DNA of 64,000 nucleotides from Lama guanicoe (Eukaryota). The notes beneath the pieces are model-generated. The model was given only the letters and a program-made list of their open reading frames with translations, searched no databases and was not told the origin of the DNA. The first letter of the stretch is position 1, and every line of letters starts with the position of its first letter. Shown here in pieces: positions 1 to 10,759 of the stretch. Location: the NCBI GenBank assembly GCA_013239625.1, contig MU053216.1, forward strand, positions 1-64,000. Direction: 5' to 3'. The position numbers and the translations under genes are program-made.

Positions 1-370
1 AACCCTAACCCGAACCCTAACCCGAACCCTAACCCTAACCCCTAACCCTGACCCTGACACTAACCCTAACCCTGACCCTGACACTGACCCTAAACCTAAC
101 CCCTAACCCTGACCCTGACACTAACCCTATCCCTGACCCTAACCCTGACACTAACCCTAACCCCTAACCCTGACCCTGACACTAACCCTATCCCTGACCC
201 TAACCCTATCCCCTCACCCTAACCCTGACCCTGACACTAACCCAACCACAGCCCTAATCCCAGCCCTAGCCATGACCGTATCCTTCACCCTTGACCCTAA
301 CCTCTGACCCTTGACCCTGATGCTTGACCACACCCAGACCTGGTCCTAGCACCCAAATCCCCAACCCTAT
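1..370 (-). repeat. Degenerate telomeric repeat tract, (CCCTAA)n with CCCGAA/CCCTGA/CACTAA/CCCTAT variants, decaying into unique sequence
   Basis: Hexamers are visible from base 1, with the C-rich strand on + as at a left chromosome end. Divergence increases inward. Confidence 0.95.
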
Positions 371-649
371 CATCATTTATAATTGAGATGGCAGTGAAAA
401 TGAGTGAGAAATGAATACTCCCTTTCCTATATAGTGCCAGGACTTTTTGTCATCCATGTGAGAAACCTAGGGTGATTGGAACCCATACACACACTCCTAC
501 CTAATGACCCATCCTGTATAACTTCAAGAAGAATGTGTGGGAACCATTGTCATGGCCTCAGAGTGGTGTGGGGGTAGACAGTGTGATAACATTCACAGCA
601 CAGACAAAACAGTCAGATAAATTGGTGCAACTACATGGAGTAGGAGTAG

Positions 650-2030
650 CCTTGTGCTTACACAGTTAACAGATTTTGGCAAGGTGCTAAGATAATTCAG
701 AAGGTAAAGGGAAGTGTTTTCTACAAATGGTGCTTGAACTACTGGAAATCAGTGCAAAAAAAAATGAACCTCAATCCCTAACTCACTCCACATGCAAATA
801 TGATTCTGAAATGAACACAGTCCTAAAGTTAAAAACTAACACTATATTCTACACAGCAAAGGAAACCATCAACAAAACTAAAAAGCAGTCTACTGAATGG
901 AGGAATATATGTGCAACCATGTATCTGATAAGGGGTTAATATTAAAAATATATAAGGAATTCCTTTAACTCAATAGCAAAAAAAAAAAACCCTACCAAAT
1001 AACCCTTTTTTAAAGTGGACAAAAGACCTTAAAGACATTTCTCAAAAGAAGATATACAAATGGCCAACAGATACATGAAAAGATGCTTAACATCGCTAAT
1101 CATCGGGGAAATTGAAACCAAAACCACAATGAGATATCATCTCACTTCTGTTAGAATGGCTATTACTGTTTTTTGAAAGGTAAGTTTTGGCCCGGATGTG
1201 GAGAAGAGTGAGCACTTGAACACCATTGGTGGGCAGGTGAATTGGTGTAGTCACTCTGGAAGTTCCTCAAAAAATTAAAAATAGAGCTAGCTTATGATCC
1301 AACAATCCTACTTCTGGGTACACATCCAAAGGAGTTGAAATCAGGACCTCAAAGGGATATCTGCACTCCCTAGTTCACTGCAGCATTGTTCACCATAGCC
1401 AGGTTGAGGATCAATCTAAGTGTGCATCAGCAGATGAACAGATGAAGAAGATGTGGTGCATAAATGCATACAATGAAGTATTACGCAGCCTTTAAAAATG
1501 TGGAAGTCCTGCCATTTGTGACAACATGGGTGAACTTGGAGGGCATTATGCCAAGTGAAATAATCCAGATGCAGAAAGACAAATGCTGCATGATCTCATC
1601 TATATGTGGAATCTAAAATAGTGAAACTTGTAGAAGCAAAGGGTAGAATGGTGGTTTCCAAGAGCTGAGGGAGGAGGAGGAATGGGGAGTTCCTGGATGC
1701 AAAGCTTCAATTATGCAAGATTATTAAGCTTTGGGGAGCTAATGTACCACATGTGACTATAGTTAACAATGCTGTATTATATATTTGAAATTTGCTAAGA
1801 GAGTAGATCTTAAGAGCCTTCACCATGAAAGAAAATAAAGAAAGAGAGGGAGGGAGGGGGAGGGAAGGAGGAAAGAAGGAAGGGAGAAAATGGTAACCAT
1901 GTGAGGTGATGGGTGTGTTATTTAGCTTGATTTTGGTGATCATTTCACAATGTAAATGTATATCAAAACATCACACTATACACCTTAAATATATATAATT
2001 TTTATTTGTCAGTTATACTTCAGTAAAGGT
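650..2030 (+). mobile_element. Old LINE-1 fragment (3' ORF2 and 3' UTR)
   Basis: L1 ORF2-like text (AKETINKTKKQSTEW; AAGACATTTCTCAAAAGAAGATATACAAATGGCCAACAG) and an L1 3' end (TTTTTATTTGTCAGTTATACTTCAGTAAAG). Boundaries approximate. Confidence 0.85.
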
Positions 2031-2186
2031 TGGGGGGAACCCAAAATTACAAAGCTTCTACGAAGAAACATAAAAAAGATTATCTTTGCAACCCTGTAGT
2101 ATACAATATTTCTTGAGCAAGATTTAAAAAAAATCACTGACCATAAAATTTTAAAATAATGAATAGAACCTCAAAGTTATACATAA

Positions 2187-2992
2187 ATCTTTTACTGAGG
2201 TATAGTCGATGTATAATGTGTTCATTTCTGGTGTACAGCATAATGATTCAGTTATACATATATATTCTTTTTCATTATAGGCCATTACAATGTATTGAAT
2301 ATAGTTCCCTGTGCTCTATACAGTAGGACCTTGTTGTTTATCTATTTTATACACTGTAGTTAGTATCTGGAAATCTGGAACTCCCAATTTATCCCTCCTC
2401 ACTCCCTTTCCCCATCTGTAACCGTAAGTTTGTTTTCTATGTCTGTGAGTCTGTCTATTTTGTAAATAAGTTCACTTGTGTCCCCCTTTTTTTTTTTTAG
2501 ATTCCACATATAAGTGATATCATATGATATTTGTCTTTCTCCTTCTGGCTTACTTCACTTAGAATGACAACCTCCAGGTCCATCCACATTGCTGCAAATG
2601 GCATTCTTTCATTCTCTTTAATGGCTGAGTAGTATTCCATTGTATAAATATACCACAGCTTCTTTATCCAGTGATCTGTCAATGGACATTTAGGTTGTTT
2701 CCATGTCTTGCCTATTGTAAGTAATGCTGCTATGAACACTGGGGTGCATGTGTCTTTTTGAATTAGAGTTTTCTCTGGATATGCACCCAGGAGTGGGATT
2801 GCTGGATCACATGGTAACTCTGTTTTTAGTGTTTTAAGGAAACTTCATACTGTTTTCCATAGTGGCTGCACCAGTTTACGTTCCCACCAGCAGTGTAGGA
2901 GGGTTCTCGTATCTCCACAGCCTTGCCAGCATTTATCATTTGTGGACTTTTTAATGATGGCCATTATGACCAGCATCAGGTGATACCTCACT
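2187..2992 (-). mobile_element. 5'-truncated LINE-1 3' end with TSD
   Basis: The minus-strand ORF 2497-2739 is the L1 ORF2 C-terminus (MFIAALLTIGKTWKQPKCP...). It is flanked by AAAGTTATACATAA at 2173-2186 and 2993-3006. Confidence 0.9.
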
Positions 2993-3261
2993 AAAGTTAT
3001 ACATAACTTTGTAATGCAAAAAAATTCTAGACCTTCTCTAACTATCCTAACTTCAATATAAACCTTTTAATAATTTTTATTTGTTTGTTTATTTGTTTTT
3101 TTAGTTCCCAGAGGAGAAAGAGGGAGGGAAAAAAAGAGCAAAAATTGGGAGAAGATTCAAAGGGGGGAGGAGGGGAGAGGAGAAAAGTGTTTAGTTTAAA
3201 AAGCTGTGCCCAAATAGAAGGCTATGGCTTTGGATAGACGGCCTCATCAAAACAACATTAT

Positions 3262-3800
3262 TATGGATGAAGAAAATGTGATACACATGCGCGCACACGT
3301 GCACGCACACAGTGGAATACTACTTGGCCATAAAAAGAAGGAAATCCTGCCATTTGTGCCAACAAGGATGGACCTTGAGGACACTGTTTTAAATGAAATG
3401 TCAGACAGTGAAAGACAAATTCTGTATGACCTCATTTGTCTGTGAAATTGCTAAGCAAATAAACACATAACACTCACAGGAAAGCAGTCAGATTTGTGGT
3501 CACTAGAGGCGGGGGCAGGGCTGGAGGGAAGCAGTCAAAGGGACGCACCTCCAGCTGTAAGTCCTGGAGATGTAACGCACCGCGTGCTGACTGTAGTTGG
3601 CTCTGCTGCAGTGTGCATTAGAAAGTTGCTAAGAGTGAATCTTAAAAGTTCTCATCACAAAGAACATTTTTTCCCTCTTTTGTGTGTCTATATGAGGTGA
3701 TGAATGTTAACTAAACATGATGGCAATCATTTTGCAGTATATGTGAAGTAATTATGCTGTACACCTTTCACTGTGTATCAATTTTATCTCAATAAAACAG
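3262..3800 (+). mobile_element. Old LINE-1 3' end fragment
   Basis: GAAGGAAATCCTGCCATTTGTGCCAACAAGGATGGACCTTGAGGAC motif, ending TTTTATCTCAATAAAA. Confidence 0.8.
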
Positions 3801-5084
3801 AGAGGGAAAAAGCCCAATTACAAGTAAAGCCTTGTCCCAAATTCAGGTTCTATTTTTCGCCTCTAAAAAGCTGAATTGACAAAACTAAATACCTCAAGAG
3901 ATGGTGTCATCTGGTTATCTTCTTTTCTTGTAAAAGACCAAATCTACATTTTGCCTGATGCCCAGACAGGCTGGTGGGAAGAGGGAGGAAGAACTGAAAT
4001 GCATTCTTAATGATGAAAAAGAACACATACAGAGAGGAAAAGGGAACTTCAGAGGCCCTCTGGGTGGTTCTGGGCCTAGGAAGAGCTAGAGGTTTGAGGA
4101 CTCAGAGACCCAGCAGGCAGCCCAGTGTGACAGCAGCAGGGCCGGAGGGGCAGGACTGGACCCTCTAACAGGGGAAGAGATCACTGGAGTCCCACCCCTA
4201 TCCATTTGATGCAGACTGACAGTTAATTTGAGATAAAAGGCTGGAAAGCTGGCTTTCAGTCTTGTCCAAAAACAGGTGTCTGCTGTGAGGCTGGGGGTGA
4301 GCAGCCCCATTCAGGGGAACAAAGGTTATCAAGCAGGGTCTCCTGGGAGAGACGCCCGGGTTCAGCTACCTCAGAAGAGCCTCTGGGCCCTCATCCTGCA
4401 ACGCTAAAGCCAGTTCTCCTTGGTTTCCGAGAAATTCCTGTGCTCTGATAAACCTTCAAGCCACATTTTCTGTCACACAAAGAGCCCAGTGGCTAGAACA
4501 CTCCAAACACAGTGAAGACTCTCACAGGATTAGAAGTTTCCAGTCACTTTTAAGTTTCCACCCTTCTTACTAGCCCAGGAAGGGAGCGAGATTCGTACCA
4601 GCAACATTCCCTCGGTCCCTCTGACTGGATTCAAACCCTCATCATCTGCCAACCACTGTCCTGAGGACGGTCAGACACGTAAGTAAGTGAGGAGCGAACA
4701 AATGAGATCCCATCGTTGGCCGTAACTCCCAAAGGGAGACCCTGGCTTGAGTCAGAGGTATGGGGAAGGATTGGTGAGTCCCTAACCCTTGTTTCTTCTT
4801 GGCAACTCACCCTTCTGCTTGGGTCTTTTCTCCACGAGTGTTTAAAGGACTGAAGAGGCCCCAGCCTCACCTGGAAGCCCAGACTGGAGGGGAGCGAGGT
4901 GGTGGCCAAGCAGCGTCACACTTCTCCACCTTCCTCTCCTTGGGTGGCTGCCCACAGGGGAGGCCAGAGCTGGGGGAAAGGCGGGGCAGGGAGGGCAGGA
5001 AGTGGGGGCCCCGAGCGTCTGGATGGGTGGACGTGGGCTCATGACCTGCCCACCTCTCTGCAGACCTGAGCCTGCTCAGCCGCC

Positions 5085-8000
5085 ATGCATCACTGCCTGT
5101 GGAAATTTCTCCTGGTTGCTGTATCCCTGACCCTCCTGGGCTTCTTCCTCCAAGAGGAGAACGAAGAGCATCTTAAGTACAGCTTATCGTTGGTAAGTCC
5201 CAGAGGTTGAGGCTGGACTACTTGCAAGTCCTTCAAGAGGGGGAAGTTTTCCAGTTACGCAGACACTCTGAAATCACCATGGAAGTTCTAAGAAGAAAGC
5301 TCTTGAAGGATCAGAAGAGGGTCAGAGAAAAGATAAATATTGAACTTGAAATACATACAAGATTTGAGTAAAGGCAAGGAGGAAGAGAATGCATTTTACG
5401 TGGGCAGAGAGCCGCCAAGACACTTCTTCAAGACTGTGCTGACTAGCAGGACCAGCCCGCCGTGATGCCAGCCAGCAGGGCCACGTCCCTTCCAGAGCCA
5501 GAGACACTACTCCTTCCATTCCTTATTTGCAGGGATAGACACTCAGAGCCCTGAAATAGCTCCTCCCTGATGTACAATACCTGCAAGTGGAGAAGACCAC
5601 ATCCAGCCCAGGCCATGCTAGGTCCTAGCGTCCACGTTTTTCTGAAATGCCTCAGAGCAGCTAGAGCGTAGCATAAGGTAGGTGTGGGGACATGGTTTAG
5701 TGACGTGGGTGTGGTCAGAATTGAGCCAAAGAGAGGACTTTTGGATTGAGGCACCATGTGTAACTTCTTTGAGGACAGGATCAGGCATTGGCCCTCAGCA
5801 TCTGTTGCAGAACCCCACAGAGTCTAAGCCAAATTAACAATGTCGGCTGCCTGATAACTGCAGGAGACTTAGATGTGGGCCATGGTGGGGCCGGCAAGTT
5901 CTTACTTTACGTACTCCTGGGACCTTCCCATAGACATTCCACATAAAACTGAGGGTCCACTCCGCTGACTCCAGGGACCACCAACTCTTCTAGAAAGTCT
6001 CGTGTGTCCCCAAGATGGGGGTGGGAGAGTGGCTGACTACATCCTGGGGCTTGCCTGGCCTGCCCTAAAGGGGGATCCAACCCTCAATTGACTCCAAGGG
6101 TCTAAGGGAAACCCTCAGGGCTGATGCTTATCTTACTATAAGCAGGAGGAAAAGAAAATACTGTGGCAGTTAGACCAGGAGCAAATCAGTTCTGAAGTCA
6201 AGAACCATCTGGAAACCTTCAAGGGCATGCAGAAAACCTCCTCTCTACTCCAGCAAGCCAAGTACAAATTCCTAGCTGGAGTTCCTCCCCAGCAAAAGAG
6301 TGAGTATGGGCAACCCAGTGGTCAGACTGGGAGACAGTCAGATAGGCATTTACTACAATAAGAGAAAGGAAGGTGGGTAAAGGGGGGATGGGCTGGCGAG
6401 GAAAGGAAGGGGCTCGGAGGCAGAGCCTGTTACAGATTGCAGTGTGGGTTATAACCCCATGCACATTTTCTTCCACCCTCCGCCCCCTTGAATGACCAAC
6501 AAGCTGAGATGCCAACAGTGGCCGTTAAGGAGCCCTCCTTTAGAGACAATCAGTCCCAGCTGGGAGAGGACCTGGAGGGGCATGGGAGAAGCCTGCAAGG
6601 AGGGACGAGACGGCAGGGGTATAGTCCCACAGGCACCAGATTGCCAGAACCCTTGGGTCCGCCAAGGTCCCCAGGTCTGGTTGACCCATGGTCCCTAAGA
6701 TAACGCTGAGGACAAGGCCAGCAAGCTTACCCTGGGTACCCGGCAGTCTTTCCCATCAGAGGGAGCCTTGTCCTTCTGAAGTGGTGATCAAATAAAACCA
6801 TTACTATTTCTGACCAGAGGTCCGCCCTCCCAGGGAGAGGAAATGTGAGTTTTTGTCACAGGTGACCGGCATTAAGGGGCAGGCGTGGGAGGAGGGACCG
6901 GGAACTCTTCACCCTCTTAAAGTGCTCAGGGCCCCCCTCCTCCCCCCAGAGCTGCTGGCGGCGGGCATCTCCTCAGCACGTCACCCTCATGGGAGCTACC
7001 TCTTGGACACCCTGCAGTCCCTATTCCAAGCTTCCTCAGAAGCTGAACTGAATTGCATTGTGGTGCTGGTCTGCCTGTCAGACTCCGACCCTGAGTAGCT
7101 CAACCAGATGGTCACCAATATTTCAGACGGCTTCAAAGCACATGTTGAGGCCCGGAGGCTACTCGTGGTCCAAGGCCACATCAGCAGCTCCCCTCTCCTG
7201 GGAGGCCTGAACAACAGTAATCACTCCTCACCTTGCAAGACACCGTATTCCAGGCAGAAAGTGGATTATGCCCTCCTCATGAATTTCACTATCAGTGTCT
7301 CCAGACACTTCCTGATGCTGGAAGATAATGTTCACTGCACCCCCAAATTTATTTCTACCATCTATTTGACATTATTAGCCTTGGGTTCTCCTGGAGTTCT
7401 CCATCCTGAGCCTCTCGGGGAAAGTTTTCCACACAAGCGACTTCTCCCGCCTGACATTTCTCCTCCTTCTTTTCCACGGGGACACTCCTACTCATTTGCT
7501 TCTTTCTGAATTCCGTCTTCTCTTGGCCCGAAACATCCCAATTTGTTTCAGCAACTCAGTCTTCCACCACGTGAGCAACTACTCTGTGCTGGAGGACGTG
7601 TGCTTTCCTGTAGAAGGAAGAGACCTTCAGTGAACCAGACAACCCCACTGCCAGTGTCCACACTGACATGATGTCAGCAGTGAGCAACATCCCACGATAC
7701 ACTTATACTGAGTAAGGACTGCTACGCCACCCTCAACCCTTTAAAAGGCAGCCACCTGACAGTGATCCTGGAGGGGCCACAGAAAGCCAGCCGGATAGAA
7801 GTCCTGACAGGTTCTGACAGACAAAAGCAGTACCGGCTGGCACACGGGCAAGTAGAACTGGGCCATGGTCCCTTGGAGGATTTCAGAGGCTGTGCTTGCT
7901 ATGTCCTGCTGCATCCTCTGATAGAAGGGACTTTGGACCAGAGGGTGTTTTATGAAAAAGACTCCGTGGAGGAGTTGAGTTGCATACAGCTGCTGGTGCG

Positions 8001-8160
8001 AGCGCCTCAAGAATCTTGGCTCCTGATCAGGCAGATCAAATTCTGGACCGAGCGTGAGGAGGAGGAGGAGGAACAGTTAGACAGCACAACCAGACTCTGG
8101 GAAGCACAGGGTTGGGGAACGGAATCTACACAATTGGCAAGAAATAAAGCTAGAAATTGA
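5085..8160 (+). pseudogene. MGAT4F: Unprocessed MGAT4-family (GT54, GlcNAc-transferase IV-like) pseudogene; syntenic position of MGAT4F/MGAT4FP
   Basis: Exons 5085-5192 (gccgccATG; MHHCLWKFLLVAVSLTLLGFFLQ signal anchor), 6146-6299 and 6950-8160, with GT-AG introns in compatible phases. Exon 3 resembles MGAT4C (GSYLLDTLQSLFQASSEAEL, RQKVDYALLMNF, FLMLEDNV, WVLLEFS, PDNPTASV, IEVLTGSDRQ). Lesions: TAG at 7096-7098 and frameshifts near 7381, 7618 and 7709. The paralogue name rests on recalled synteny. Confidence 0.85.
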
Positions 8161-8556
8161 TCAAGGCCTGCTCACTCTGAGTTGGGTGACCACATACTTT
8201 GTTGTCCTAACTGGGACACTTTTGAGAGTGAATGGAAACACTATTAAAACCTTCACTAGACCACAGATGTAAATCAGGATTGTCCCAGGCAAGCTGAGAT
8301 ATACGATCACCCTAATTCTGATTTTGTTTAGGTTGCTTAAGTGCAAGGACACCATCTGATGAGGGGCACCTCTGGCTTCCAAGGGCCACAGTGCAGGAAG
8401 GAGTCACCATGAGCTGCCCTGACTCCTATCTGCAACATATGCTCTGCCCTGAGAGCTCTCCAGAAAGGAGCTGCTGCCCTGTCTAGAAGAGCTGCAGCAG
8501 GCGTGACAGCACCACGGCTGTGGAGTGGAGCTGACTCGGGCTCACATCTATACACC

Positions 8557-8919
8557 TGTCTCAGCCTGTCCAGGCTGCTACAACAGAATGCCACAGACTG
8601 GATGATTTATAGACAACAGAGCTTTGTTGTCACAGCCCCAGAGGCAGGAAGTCCAAGATCAAGGTGCTGGCAGGTTCAGGGTCTGGGGAGCCTGCCTCCT
8701 GGTTCGTACGTGGCCGTCTTTCTGCTGGGTCCTCACACGTGTACCTCACAAGGGGTGAGGGAGCTCTCTGGCTTCTTTTATGGGACCACTGATCCCATTC
8801 ACATAGGCTCTTCCCTAAAGGCCCTATCCCCTCTAAAAGGCCCAGCTTCCATATACTGTCACCTTGGGGGTTAGCATTTCAAAGGATGAATTCTGGGGAG
8901 ACACATTTAGACCATAGCA
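8557..8919 (-). mobile_element. MaLR solo LTR (MLT1A-like)
   Basis: TG...CA ends. The reverse complement begins TGCTATGGTCTAAATGTGTCTCCCCAGAATTCAT, like MLT1A. Near-identical 5-bp flanks ACACC/AGACC. Confidence 0.85.
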
Positions 8920-10643
8920 AGACCCAAACCTCCAACATGTCAAGGTTAAGACCTCACTGGAGCAAAGATCACTTAGCTGGGATTCAGAAATTGATGTTTC
9001 AAGCATTTATGAACACCTTAGAACCGTGTGCAAAATTTGGTATAAATTCATATGTGCACTTTTCTAAGGATACTTTACTTTTATCAGAGCATAGAAATGT
9101 TCCATATCTGCCCCAAAAAGTTAAGAATAGATAAACCAGCAGCTGTAACCTTCCTGTGGGAAGAAGGACATGTAATTTAGAACAGAAATCTATTTCCACT
9201 GAAAAATAAGAGGTTAAGTGTACACATTCTTTCATGTATCTATTCAACAAATGTTTGGCTGCAGACTTAAGGCTAAGTGCTGTTAAAGACAGTGTGAATG
9301 ATAAGACAAACCAAACATAAATGACATGAAAAAGAGGCTTAACACGATCATCAGCAATTAAAATTAAATGTGACGTACGTGCCAGGTCTAACTGGATGGG
9401 TGAAATGGACGAACCCCAATAAAAACATAAATGAAAGGGTTTTGTAGCTTTTTTATTTTTGAAATTTTTCGTAAAGTTGAATGTATGGGAAAAAAATTGA
9501 ATGGAACAAGTTGCCTTGTGCTAGGATATTTATTCTCCCATTGCATTAGAAACAGAATCACATCGTGGGAGATCACGTGTACATCAAAAAAAAGATAAGA
9601 ATTCCCATGTTCCTTGAAATTTGTGTTGACCAATAAGATGAAAGCGAAGTCTTTGGATGAGGTTTCTATTTGAAAATTCCAAGAAGGGCTTTTTCAGCTG
9701 ACAGGAATGCTTGCATTGGCCTGATAATTCTTTGGTACCTTGTTCTTTTGGTAGTGCTGTCAACTAGATGCTACATATATATTTTGTTCAGTTTGCTTGT
9801 TGTCTTCAGTAAGAAGCTTCAAATTACCTAGATTGCTATTATTAAAAAAATTTTATGTATGAACTGAAAAGATCTTCAAGACACAATCATTAAATAAAAA
9901 AAACTTAGGCTTCAGTACAAAATTACTAATTTATGCAAACATTTTCTATACATTTCTATTCAGTGTAATTACAAAAAAAAGAAAAAAGAAACTACAGAAG
10001 ATCGTCACTGGCAGTTTGTCTGACTGAACCCTGTAAAGACTCTCCTGTTTAAAACAACTACATAGACTACACATGGCACTTAGGAGTTGTTAAGTGTATC
10101 AGTGAAATGAAAAGAATACAGGAAATTCTTAGAGACTGCAAAATTAAACTAAAATAGGAATCCAGATAGGTAAATAAGGACTAAGCCAGTTTTTGCCCTG
10201 AGGGAATTAGTCAAAGGCCAGTGACACTGGGCTGAGCCGTTGCAGGGAGGTCAGGAGGGTCGGGACTACCGGGGGTTCTGGGATGTGGGAAGCCACCGTG
10301 TGGAGCCACAACACCCTGGGCTACACTTCAACACGGAGAACTCGAGAGACACTCACTCGCGAAGCGGGACAAACAAAGCCTGCCGATCTCAACCCTCAGC
10401 ACTGCGAGCGGGAATGTCTCCCCTGTGGTCCTGCACACATGCTGTCCTGTGTGCAGGTCTGCCGCCACCCGAATCAACACTACTAGGAGAGCCCGGAAAT
10501 CTCCAGCCAAGATTATTTCAGATTGGTCAGCACTCATGTTGGTAATTTCCTCCAAGATACCTGGAAAAGGGAAATGCGAATCTTTTAAAGAATTCAGGAC
10601 TCAAAAAATTCTCACAAAATTCTGAAGAACATAAATTCACAGT

Positions 10644-10756
<113 letters not shown>

Positions 10757-10759
10757 ACC

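Noticed and set aside
2993..3010. Palindrome AAAGTTAT-AC-ATAACTTT, superficially lox-like
   Set aside because: It is the target site of the adjacent L1 insertion; short, AT-rich and without lox arm/spacer geometry.
4560..4684. Possible upstream non-coding exon of the MGAT4F-like gene (donor GTAAGT at 4679; acceptor AG before 5064)
   Set aside because: Supported by splice motifs only; needs transcript data.
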